From Ranitomeya imitator (lineage: Eukaryota), in the NCBI RefSeq assembly GCF_032444005.1, contig NC_091285.1:608034001-608098000 (forward strand): a DNA stretch of 64,000 bases, in the 5' to 3' direction. Position numbers and translations under genes: made by a program. Within the stretch, counting starts at the first letter, position 1, and every line of letters begins with the position of its first letter. Shown piece after piece: positions 10,272 to 21,142 of this stretch. Under the pieces are notes generated by a model. That model was not told where the DNA came from, ran no database searches, and saw nothing but the letters and a program-made list of their open reading frames with translations.

Positions 10272-10956
10272 TAAGTTAATATACATAAGTTTTATCAAAG
10301 ACTTAAATGAGCTAAACTCTATAAATAATTTGCACTAAGTGTTAGGAAAATATGAGAAACAGTGCCACACCTGTCTAGTGGTTGTGTCTGGAATTACAGT
10401 TTAACATCTGGTGTGAATTAAGGCTTAGCTGCAATGCCATGAACAACCTGTAGGTAGGTGTGGCGCTGTTGTGGAAAAAGCAAGGCTACAAGTCTTTTAT
10501 AGGGCAATTACCGTAAGTAAATTCCAGTGAAGGTTAGTGTAGTGATGACCACCATTATCATACAGGTAGTTATGTAACTATAGGAGGGGAGTGTGGAGTG
10601 TTGGAAGGCCTCTGTCTGAAGGGACACACCTGTATTTGTCCTCTGGCAGCCTTGCTTCACTTCCCATCTTCCGACTGAGCTTTTTCCCTCTTGGTGAGTG
10701 GCAGGTATGTAGCACCTTTATGCCGAGTTATTTCCCCACATTATATACCCTTGTAGATCTACTGTACTGCAGGCGGAGCAGATGGTGTCATTGTCACAAG
10801 TGCTCATTGTAGTTTTATTAATTTAATGATGATTGCTCCTTAATGTGTTTGGAAAAGTGCGTATTACATTTGTGCATGTGGCCAACGTATATAGCGGGAA
10901 CCGGTCCACCATCCAATAACTGTCTGACCTGTAAGCATCTTCATAATCTTTATTTA

Positions 10957-11348
10957 TAGGGGTATTCTCAAGTTCGACAGTTATCCCTCATCCTATGGAC
11001 AGGGCATGAGTTCCCATTCGTTGAGGGGGTCTGACTGCTAGGACCCCCACTGGTTATGAGAACTGGGTCTCTGAAGAGCCTCGTCTGAATGGAGCGGCGG
11101 TGGGTCATGTGGACTGCTGCTTCGTTCATTAGAGGACTGCCAGTGATGACGGCGTACTTCACTCAGCTAACCTTCGGCACACCCATGAGAATGAATGGAG
11201 CGGCCATGCACCTGGTCGCCCACCGCTCCATTCACACAGAGTCCTGGTTCTCCGGAGCAGTGGATACCTTAGAGGTTGGACCTCCATCGATCGGAAAGTT
11301 GTCCTCTAACCCATGGATAGGAAATAATGTCCAAACTTGAATACCCCT
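10957..11348. mobile_element. Decayed TTAA-type (T2/Kolobok-like) MITE
   Basis: AGGGGTATTC ... GAATACCCCT followed by TTAA (left flank TTAT); degenerate internal symmetry. Confidence 0.55.
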
Positions 11349-12214
11349 TTAAACTGTATAGGTTAGGACACATGGCTGCACTTTTTGAAGACAAAAAAAT
11401 ATATGTAATTGGTCCCTGTGCTGTACTTGGCCTTCACTGGCCTCTTACAGTCACGTGTTGCATGTGGTTCTCATGTTCTTGGGAGAAGGTCCTCAACTGG
11501 ATTTCTTCTAAAAGTCCTACACAGAAATTTTTGTCACTGAATCGTGCACACATGACATGGTCTAGGCTACATGGAAATCGTCTTTTTGTAAACCAGGCAG
11601 ACCGCCACTTTAGGTATAGAATGAAGCCACATATCCCATAGGAACGGGAAGAGGACCACCGCAATTTCAAGGCCAACACTTCCTGCTCTTGATGACTTCT
11701 ATGATGTACAGCTCTGGCAAAAATTAAGAGACCACTGCAAAATTTTCAGTTTGTCTGATTTTTCTCTCTATAGATATATTTTTGAGTAAAATGTAAATTG
11801 TTGTTTTATTCTATAAACTACTGACATGTCTCCAAAGTTCCAAGCTCACTTTTGTATTTATTTTCTGAAAATGAGAAATGGTCAAAATAATCAAAAAATG
11901 CAGTGCTTGCAGAACTCCAATAATGCAAAGAAAACAAGGTCATAATCATTTAGAAACAATACTAATGTTAACTCAGGAAGAGTTCAGAAATCAATATTTT
12001 GTGGAATAACTATGATTTTTAATCACAGCTTTCATGCGTCTTGCCATGCTTTCCACCAGTCTTTCACACTGCTTCTGGTGCAAAAATTTAAGCAGTTCTT
12101 CTTTGTTTGATGGCTTGTGACCATCCATCATCCTCTTGGTTACATTTCAAAGGTTTTCAGTGGGTTTCAGGTCTGGAGATTGGGCTGCCCATGGCAGGGT
12201 TTTGTTGTGGTGGT

Positions 12215-12507
12215 TAGTGATGAGCGAGTGTACTTGTTGCTCGGGTTTTCCCGAGCACGCTCGGGTGACCTCCGAGTGTGACTGCTCGGAGATTTACGGT
12301 AGTTTTCATCGCAGCAGCTGAATGATTTACAGCTATTAGCCAGGCTGAGTACATGTGGGGGGTTGCCTGGTTGCTAGGGAATCCCCACATGTAATCAAGC
12401 AGGCTAGTAACTGTAAATTATTCAGCTGCTGGGATGAAAACTAAATCTCGGAGCAGTCATAAATACTCTGAGGTCACCCGAGCAACAAGTACACTCGCTC
12501 ATCACTA
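12215..12507. mobile_element. hAT-type MITE inserted in the Tc1 left arm
   Basis: TIRs TAGTGATGAGCGAGTGTACTTGTTGCTCGGG / reverse complement. Perfect 8-bp TSD GTGGTGGT (12207-12214, 12508-12515). Confidence 0.92.
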
Positions 12508-13263
12508 GTGGTGGTCCTTCATCCACAATTTGATTGAAATAGCTGTGTTGCATGGTGCATTGTCCTGCTGGAAAAAACATTCCTCAGAGTTGGGGAATAT
12601 TGCCTGAGCAGAAGGAATCAAATGTCTTTCCAGGATAACCTTGTATGCGGCTTGACTCATACGTCCTTCGCAAAGATTAACCTGCCCAATTCTAGCCTTG
12701 GTGTAGCATCCCCAGATCAACGCAAATTAGAAAAAGATGTGGCACTCACCCAGTTGCAACTTGCAACTGGGTGAGTGTTGCATCTCTTTTCTAATTTGCA
12801 TTGATACACAGATTGTCACATGATGCAGAGCACCAGTTTTCCAGTAGCAGAATACAACCATTACCAAAGGTCTATACAGATCTAATTCCATGATGCTTGA
12901 ATCTGCCTGACACCTGGTGCCATTCATTTTTTTTTTTTTTTTTTTTTCTATCGGAGGAATCCCCAGATCAACACTTGGTCGTCTTATGGTTAGACTGAGA
13001 CCTGGAGAGGCGTACAAGCCACAGTGTCTTGCACCGACTGTGAAATTTGATGGAGGATCGGTGATGATCTGGGGATGCTTCAGCAAAGCTGGAATTGGGC
13101 AGGTTGTTCTTTGCGAAGGACGTATGAATCAAGCCGCATACAAGGTTATCCTGGGAAAACAGTTGATTCCTTCTGCTCAGGCAATGTTCCCCAACTCTGA
13201 GGACTGTGTTTTCAAGCAGGACAATGCGCCATGCCACACAGCTAGGTAAATCAAGGTGTGGAT

Positions 13264-14391
13264 TGTAAGATTGCACTTACTGAGTGTATTGGGGGACACT
13301 CGCTTGGCCCGGGATTCAAGCACTTAGGCACGGTTTTACCACTTAAACAGTCCACATGGTTTATTATGGCATCATAAACCACAGAAATATGAACAACAAG
13401 CACAGTCTTTACATCAATCGTCAAATCATAATGTACGGCTTTGAAACGCGGTCACTAAACACGCCGAACCTCTATGTCCAGTTATCGTGGGTAATCGCAC
13501 ACCATACAGTTTATTAATGTCCATGGAGCACTACAGGCACCAACATATAACATTACGGTTGCAGCAACTAATCACGCTGGTCCTCTCCTGACCAGTTGCC
13601 TTGGGTTACCACACAGTTCGTAGAACATCACCAGCACCAACAGTCTGTATAGGTACCTGACGGGAGCTCCTGCTCCACCTGCTGACTCCTTGTCAGTCCT
13701 TTCTTCCGGGAAAGCTGCCTCAGGGGAATCACCAACTTGCCTGTGCGGCATATCTTAGTCAGTCCAGACCCACCGAAGGACGTTAGCTTCCCCAACACAG
13801 ACCATACAGGTCCTCAGTGTCACTGTGCGCTGCTCAGGAATCCGGTCCTAATCCCAAGACCTCCCAACACACAAGCGTGTGGCCTGTCCAGGTGCTATCC
13901 AGGACTTTAGTCCAACACCCCAGGCCACCAAGTCCAAAGCCCCACCACGTGCTGTTCAGGAATCCTACTCCCAGGACTTCCAACACGGGCTTCCAGGACC
14001 TTGTACTTGGACCCTTCAGATCCAAACACTGGAACCACACAGGAACATGTGACCCACACCCTGGTCACATTATAAACCTTTTAACCACTCTCCTGGGTGG
14101 GAGTGGGTGTATGGCTAGTTTGTCCCGCCCATCTCACTAGCCCTGCCAACCTCCCATGATAAACATACCAAATACTTGTGGGACTATAGGTCCCAAAACA
14201 CCACATCGCTTCAGGCTGGCAGCGCAGAGTCTTCTCCTCTGCGACACATATATCGGCCATTCACCACAATGCCGGACTTTGTCTTATTACCACAGCCATG
14301 CATGCACTCTCATGGCCTCAATACACCTCTGTGCGCATACTGGGGAGACCATGCAGTGTCCCCTACCTGTTACAGGGGTCACTGCATCACA
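13264..14391. mobile_element. Solo LTR (1128 bp) inserted in the Tc1 right arm
   Basis: Termini TGTAAG...CATCACA, with a 4-bp TSD GGAT (13260-13263, 14392-14395). The Tc1 coding sequence resumes exactly across it, and there is no internal coding sequence. Confidence 0.85.
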
Positions 14392-16841
14392 GGATGAAGG
14401 ACCTCCACAACAAATCCCTGTCATGGCCAGCCCAATCTCCAGGCCTGAAACCCATGGAAACCCCTGGAATGTAATCAAGAGGAATTTGGTTAGTCACAAG
14501 CCATCAAACAAATAAGAACTGCTTACATTTTTGTACCAGGAGTGGCATAAGGTCACCCAAAATCGGTGTGAAAGACTGGTGGAAAGCATGCCGAGACGCA
14601 TGAAAGCGGTGAATAAAATCATGGTTATTCCACAAAATATTGATTTATGAACTCTTCCTGAGTTCAAACATTAGTATTGTTGTTTGTAAATGATTATGAA
14701 CTTGTTTTTTTTTTTTTTTTTGCATTATTTGAGGTCTGCAAGCAATACATTTTGTTATTTTGACCATTTCTCATTTTCAGAAAATAAATACAAAATTATT
14801 GCTTGGCGCTTTGGAGACATGTCAGTCGTTTATAGAATAAAAGAACAATTTACATTTTACTCAAAAATACAAAAATATACCTATAAAGAGAAAAAAATCA
14901 GACAAACTGAAAATTTTGCAGTGGTCTCAATTTTTGCCAAAGCTGAATATAATTAACATTAGGGTTTATATAGACAATCCCTTTAAGCGTTTACATTACA
15001 GCGTAATTTCCTTATTAAAAATGTGTAGAGAACTGATGTCCTTATTGATTGTGGTGCTCTTATGTGGTTGCACATTACATCTGTTCTTGGCATTGTGGCC
15101 TCATGTCTGAAATGCACAGATTAGAGCGGGTCCTCCTGGAGAAAGTGAACTCATTATTTTGATAAGAGGCCACAGTGTGAGTGATTTGGGACTCGGGCCT
15201 TTCTCGGGGGAGAGTTTAGTGATTATTTGTGTTTGTCATGCTGGAAACTTTCCCATAACTAGTACCCGATGTTTTTACCCATAGATTTCTCTATAGGACC
15301 CGATATAAAAAGCGCCATTACAATGCTTGTTACAAGTAAAAAAACAAACAAAACAAAAAGACATTAGAAAACCTCTAACGGTCGTCTTCTTGAAGCGACT
15401 TTGCTGGCGCTTTTTTTACATTTTTGCTGCATCTTTTACATTTCAAGAAGGACACCGTCTGTGTGCGCATAGTGCTATGAAATCCTCATCAATAACCACT
15501 TCAAATATTTTTTGCGCACTCTTTCCATTCAATGGGAAATCCTCTTTGCTGTTCATAATATTTATTTTTTTGTGTGGATTCCGCAGCGGTCTACACCTGC
15601 TCCTCTATAGGAAATTGGAATCCTCAGGTGTAAAACCGCAGGTGGAATCCGCACAAAAACCGCAGTAAATCCGTGGGTAATCCGCAGTGTGGTTTACCTG
15701 CGGATTTTGCAAAAACAGTGCGGAAAAATACGCACATCAATCCGCAACGTGTGCACATAACCTTACAATATCAGGACTGTACTCTGTCACAAAAAATTCT
15801 TTGAAGCCCTAAGAAACCTTCATCTATTTCCAATTTCTGTATGTTTCATCCATCATGTGCTGCCATGTACGTGGGCTGAAGCACATTAACATACTGGAGC
15901 TCAGTGGTAAAGGCGAGCCATATAGCCCTACTCCAGAGACGGGGATCCTTGGCCCTCCAGCCGTTGTGTAACTACTACTCCCCAACATTCATATGCAGTC
16001 ACATGGACTGTGTACCTCTGTAGAGGCTCCATACACGACACCTGACTCTGGTTTCATGCTTTTTGGAATCTAAATCTAGCCCAGAGGGGCCACAGCTGGG
16101 TCTATGTTGGGTGATCTCATCCTGTCATGGCTGCCCTGACTTCTGTGTACTGACATGTCTGTACTATTTCTCTGTCTTCATGGATTACATTGATCATACA
16201 CCAGGTCATCAGCCGACAACATTCACTTGCAGTTCGTCTCTGACCTGTTGATTTCAAGATTGTGCCAGGTTCTCCTGCTCTTGTAGGACCAGACCCTTCA
16301 GAAGATACCAGATAATGGAATGTTTAGTATCATGAGCTATATAGCTGTGTCCTCCAGGATCGGTGCATGCCCTCCACAGTCCTCATGCCCTCCACAGTCC
16401 TCATGCCTGCATGTCTCACAGCTGTTAGACAGCACATGCATGGTAGGCCTGTTAGATAATTCCTGCACCTGTTGCAGCTCTCGAGCAGCTGCAACATATT
16501 ATTCGAGCACACCGAAGACAACAGGGTTAGCACCCAAGCATGCTCTGATAACACCTTATCCAAGCACAACCGCTCATCACTACTGGGGACCATAAAAGTG
16601 GTCACACCATCTATGACCCAGGCATCTGAGGTTCAGCTGTGGCCCACTTCTGTGGCTGGAGGGGGAACAAGTGCACACTTCACTGACTGTTACCGATCTA
16701 GGGACTTAAAATGGAAAATCTCTCGCATGGTCTTTGAGTAATCTTCTTGTTTGTTACACATATCCACTTTGGAGAAATCTGGCTATGATCTAATTTGGCC
16801 ACCATAATGGCTTCTAAAGGAGTTTCCGGCTACATCTTTTA

Positions 16842-17026
16842 GGCTGCCGTCACACTAGCAGTATTTGGTCAGTACTTTACCTCAGTATTTGTAAGCCAAA
16901 ACCAGTGGGTGAAAAATGCAGCAGTGGTGCTTATGTTTCTATGATACTTTTCCTCTAATTGTTCCACTCCTGGTTTTGGCTTACAAATACTGAGGTAAAA
17001 TACTGACCAAATACTGCTAGTGTGAC
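16842..17026. mobile_element. Short palindromic Harbinger-like MITE (family D)
   Basis: GGCTGCCGTCACACTAGCAGTATTTGGTCAGTA ... TACTGACCAAATACTGCTAGTGTGAC; related copy at 24118-24288. Confidence 0.7.
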
Positions 17027-17245
17027 ATCTGAATGGCGACTGACGCATTATCTGATCCGAAAGGTGTATGTTTTATTCCTGAAAAACAAGTCCGACTGAA
17101 GCCGTGCGGATATATATATATAATTAGGAAGAGCAGGACATTTAGTGCTCGATCTGTAGTAATTTTGTCTCATGGCGGTCTTTATACATCGAGCATGCAG
17201 AGGTTAGGATTTCTTCTTGTGAGATTTGAGGGTGTCGGAGAGGCG

Positions 17246-17570
17246 GAGGACTCTCCCCCTGTATAAGGCCGAGGACTCTCCCCCTGTATAAGGCCGAGGA
17301 CTCTCCCCCTGTATAAGGCGGAGGACTCTCCCCCTGTATAAGGCGGAGGACTCTCCCCCTGTATAAGGCGGAGGACTCTCCCCCTGTATAAGGCGGAGGA
17401 CTCTCCCCCTGTATAAGGCGGAGGACTCTCCCCCTGTATAAGGCCGAGGACTCTCCCCCTGTATAAGGCCGAGGACTCTCCCCCTGTATAAGGCCGAGGA
17501 CTCTCCCCCTGTATAAGGCCGAGGACTCTCCCCCTGTATAAGGCCGAGGACTCTCCCCCTGTATAAGGCG
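17246..17570. repeat. 25-bp minisatellite, 13 copies
   Basis: Unit GAGGACTCTCCCCCTGTATAAGGC(C/G); copies differ only at the last base. Confidence 0.97.
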
Positions 17571-18977
17571 GCCTGTGTTCAGAGCTTCTTGTGAATAGCG
17601 TTTTAGTTCGGCGTGTGAAGTGAATGGCCTCGGCCTGGCAGCGATCCACGCTCGCTATGAAGATTACTTTTCAGTTCTTAAAACCCACAACTCCCACCCA
17701 GACAAAGGCCCCATAGAGCGTCCTCACGTCTGGCGGGATGACTACCTGGCTTATGCCGCGGAGCCCACAGCATCTAGAGTTGACGTCTTGCACATAGCAC
17801 ATTCAGACTTTTCTTGATGGAAGACTCGATGTTACAGTGAAGGTCGGACTTCGCTTGCAGCCAATTTGCAGGATATATTGGACAGCTGCTTAGCAATTAC
17901 AGGGGTGAATTTTCATCTAATCCCTGACCCGGCTTCATTTTTTAAATATTTTTCATTTTAATAGGCCAGTAAATTACTAGGTGCTCCCGCACTCAGTTTG
18001 CTGCCTGTTGCATTGTGCGTAGCCTGTGGCATTGTGTATTGTCTCACTTGCTACCTAGGCAATGCTCCTACAGCCCGCCCGCCCGGCATTGTGCCATATC
18101 TATAGCTCCTCTTTGCCGTGGGCGGACAAAGCATTGGTGCAGTCTCACAGGGGCCAAGAGCTAGGGGGGGCCATTTTGACACCCAAAACAGGCTGAATTG
18201 TGCATTCTGATGAGCTATTGAATTGGAAGGGCCCCTATTTTGTTCTTGCACAGGGGCCCTTTTCTGTCTGTGTCCGCCAGGGCTCTATGCTAACGAACAC
18301 GGGTTCTTGAGTCTCTTTTTAAGCATCAAGACCCTAGATGCAATTGCTATCTGCACCTCTAAATAGTTACTCCCGTTTTATAGAAGATCTGCCATAAATA
18401 TTTTTTATCTAGTGTAAATGCCGCTGTTCTCCTGAATCTGGGGGTATTTTTCTTTTGTTCCTGCGCCTTTTTGTTCATGAGATACGGCCCCCTATTTCCT
18501 GTGTGTAAATCTAGCCTTCTTATCTAAATGGGCATAGGCCTAATCTCTTTTGTATAGAAGTCTTTTTGAGGTGCACGCCCATTTGGCAAATAAGACCAGA
18601 TTTATGTACAGAGAAGAGGGGGCCATATCTCAGGAATGGAGGGGCGCAGGGACGAAAGAAAAACTTTGCCAGATTCAGGAGAACAGCGGCATTTACACCA
18701 GGTAAATGGCAAGTGACCGGTCCTTTTTTCAGTCCTAGAAAAACAAATGGTGATGTTTCACCAGACAATGTAAGAACTTAAAAAAATGAAAAAAAAAAAA
18801 AAAAAAAAAAAATTGGGGTGATGGCAGCTCGTCTTTGCTCGGCTACAGCTAATCTCTCCCAACAAAAGGTAATATTGTCAGAAAGACTCTGCAAAAATAC
18901 ACCTGCATCAGATAAATGCGGGCGACGAGGCTAATCTTCCATTAGCACACATGGGCGTGAAATGATTCAGCAAATAA

Positions 18978-19356
18978 GGCTATGTGCACACGTTGCGGAT
19001 TCGCAGAGTTTTTTGCGGTGCAGAAACGCTGCAGAACCGCAATTGATTTACAGTACAATGTACGGTAAATCAATGAGAAAAAAAAAGCTGTGCACACGTT
19101 GCGGAAAATCCGGTGCGGAAACGCTGCAGATTAAAAACAGCATGTCACCTTTTTTTTTTTTTTTTTGCGGATCTGCAGCGTTTTTGTACCCATTCCATTA
19201 TAGAAATCCGCAGGGGTAAAAAACGCGGCAAATCCGCAAGAAAACCGCAGCAAAAACTCACAAAAAACACGACATCCGCAGGTGCGTTTTCTGCCAGGAG
19301 AGGCAGAATCCGCACCAGAAATTCCTAAGCCTAATCCGCCACGTGTGCACATAGCC
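18978..19356. mobile_element. PIF/Harbinger-like MITE (family B)
   Basis: Perfect TIRs GGCTATGTGCACACGT / ACGTGTGCACATAGCC; TSD TAA/TAA. Confidence 0.9.
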
Positions 19357-19451
19357 TAAGGCTTTATTGTATTACATGTATGTATTTTCTGAAACTGTCC
19401 CTCATTGTTTTCAAGATCTCTGCTTGCTGTCAGTTAACGTGTGAACCTTTA

Positions 19452-19821
19452 GGCTGTGTTCACACGTTCCGTTTTTTTTGCGGTTTTTCCCTATAAAAAC
19501 GCTATAAAATCGCATACAAGAAGCATCCCATCATTTAGAATGAATTCCGCATGTTTTGTGCACATGATGCGTTTTTTTCCGCATAAAAAACGCATCAGGC
19601 ACAAAATCCGGACATGCTCATTCTTTTTGCGGTTTTTATGCGGATTTCCCACTACAAAATGCATTGGGAAGTGTCCGGAAAAAACCGCGGAAAAAACGCG
19701 TCAAAAACGCGTCAAAACCGCGGCAAAAAACGCATGCGGATTTCTTCCGGATTTCATGCAGAAAATGTCCGGTTTTTCACAGGAATTTTCTGCATGAATT
19801 CCTGAACGTGTGCACATAGCC
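19452..19821. mobile_element. PIF/Harbinger-like MITE (family B-related)
   Basis: TIRs GGCTGTGTTCACACGTTC / GAACGTGTGCACATAGCC; TSD TTA/TTA. Confidence 0.88.
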
Positions 19822-21142
19822 TTAATTGCTTCCTTCCATCTACTATATAAAGCTGAATGTGTGTGTGTGTATGTATGTATGTCCGGGATTGGCATCTGCA
19901 CCGTCGCACCTGCAGCCACAAAATTTTGCACAGTCACACGTCTGGACCCCGAGAGCGTCATAGGCTATGTTGTGAGGCGAAATTTTAACCCCGCGCGTTC
20001 CAATTCACCAAACAATTTTGCCCCTATCTACATAATGGGGAAAAAAGTGAAAGGAAAAGTGTTGGAAGCGTCGTAGCTACAGCCAAAAAATTTTGCACAG
20101 TCACATGTCTGGACCCTGATAGCGTCATAGGCTATGTTGTGAGGTGAAATTTTAACCCCGCGCTTTCCAATTCACCAAACAATTTTTCCCCTATCTACAT
20201 AATGGGGAAAAGTGAAAGGAAAAGTGTTGGAGGCAAATTGACAGCTGCCAGATGTGAACAAGGGGGACTTAAAGAGTGAGAGCGATGGCGCCAAAGAGTA
20301 TATACCGTACAATTGCTAAGGTGGGGCCCCGACATGGGATACTCACCACACACGGGGATATGGACACACACAAAATGCGCCACACACTACCACGTGCTTG
20401 AACACATATTACCCTCAGCACACATTTCACCACACATACACCAACCTCGCCACATGAAAGTCGAAACACAAACGTCGCCGCTCAAAACTCGCCACGCGCA
20501 AAACTCGCCACATGCAAAAACTAGGCTCACGTAAAACTCGCCACAAGTGCAGAACTCACCTCATGGAAAACTCGCCACACGCAAAACTTGCACACGCGGA
20601 AAAATTGCCACATGCACAAAAGTTGCAGCACCTGCAAAAGTTGCCTCACACAACTTGCACATACTCAAAAGGCACCACACATAAAACTCGCCATGCGCAA
20701 AACTCGCCATGCGCAAAACTTGCTGCACACAACTTGCTACATTAACCTGTCACATGCAACTCTACACCCAAAAAGTTGCTACACGCATGTTGCCACACAA
20801 AACTCATCTCACAAAAGTCGCTACATGCATGTCGCCACACGCAACTCAACACACACAACTTGACAAACGAAACTCACCCTAAAACACACGCAAGTCTGGT
20901 ATTATCCTTCAAAAATAAAAATTAGATTAATACGCAGACAAACTACAAGAGCAACAAATGTACCATATAGGAAATACGGCAGCTGTCAGTCACATGACCT
21001 GTCTATTATGTGTATGTGTGAGCTAATATATACTGCCAGGGGGAGGGCTTCCTGTTGGCTGGGGATTTATCAGGCTGCCAATTTAGCTTACAAATACTGA
21101 GGTAAAAATACTGACCAAATAACGTGTGAACGAGGTCTAATA

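Larger units (their letters stand above)
11709..14945. mobile_element. Tc1/mariner composite: two 3' halves of one Tc1 family in inverted orientation
   Basis: Both termini are the same Tc1 end (CAGCTCTGGCAAAAATT.../...TTTTTGCCAAAGCTG). Transposase C-terminal fragments occur on - (about 11990-12720; MIWGC...QQDNAPC...QSPDL) and on + (about 12950-14640; GGSVMIWGCFS...KQDNAPCH...QSPDL). The left flank is TA, the right flank AA. Confidence 0.8.

Noticed and set aside
17246-17570. CRISPR-like regular repeats, and the ORF 17182..17649
   Set aside because: Units abut with no unique spacers, the context is eukaryotic, and the ORF is just the translated minisatellite.
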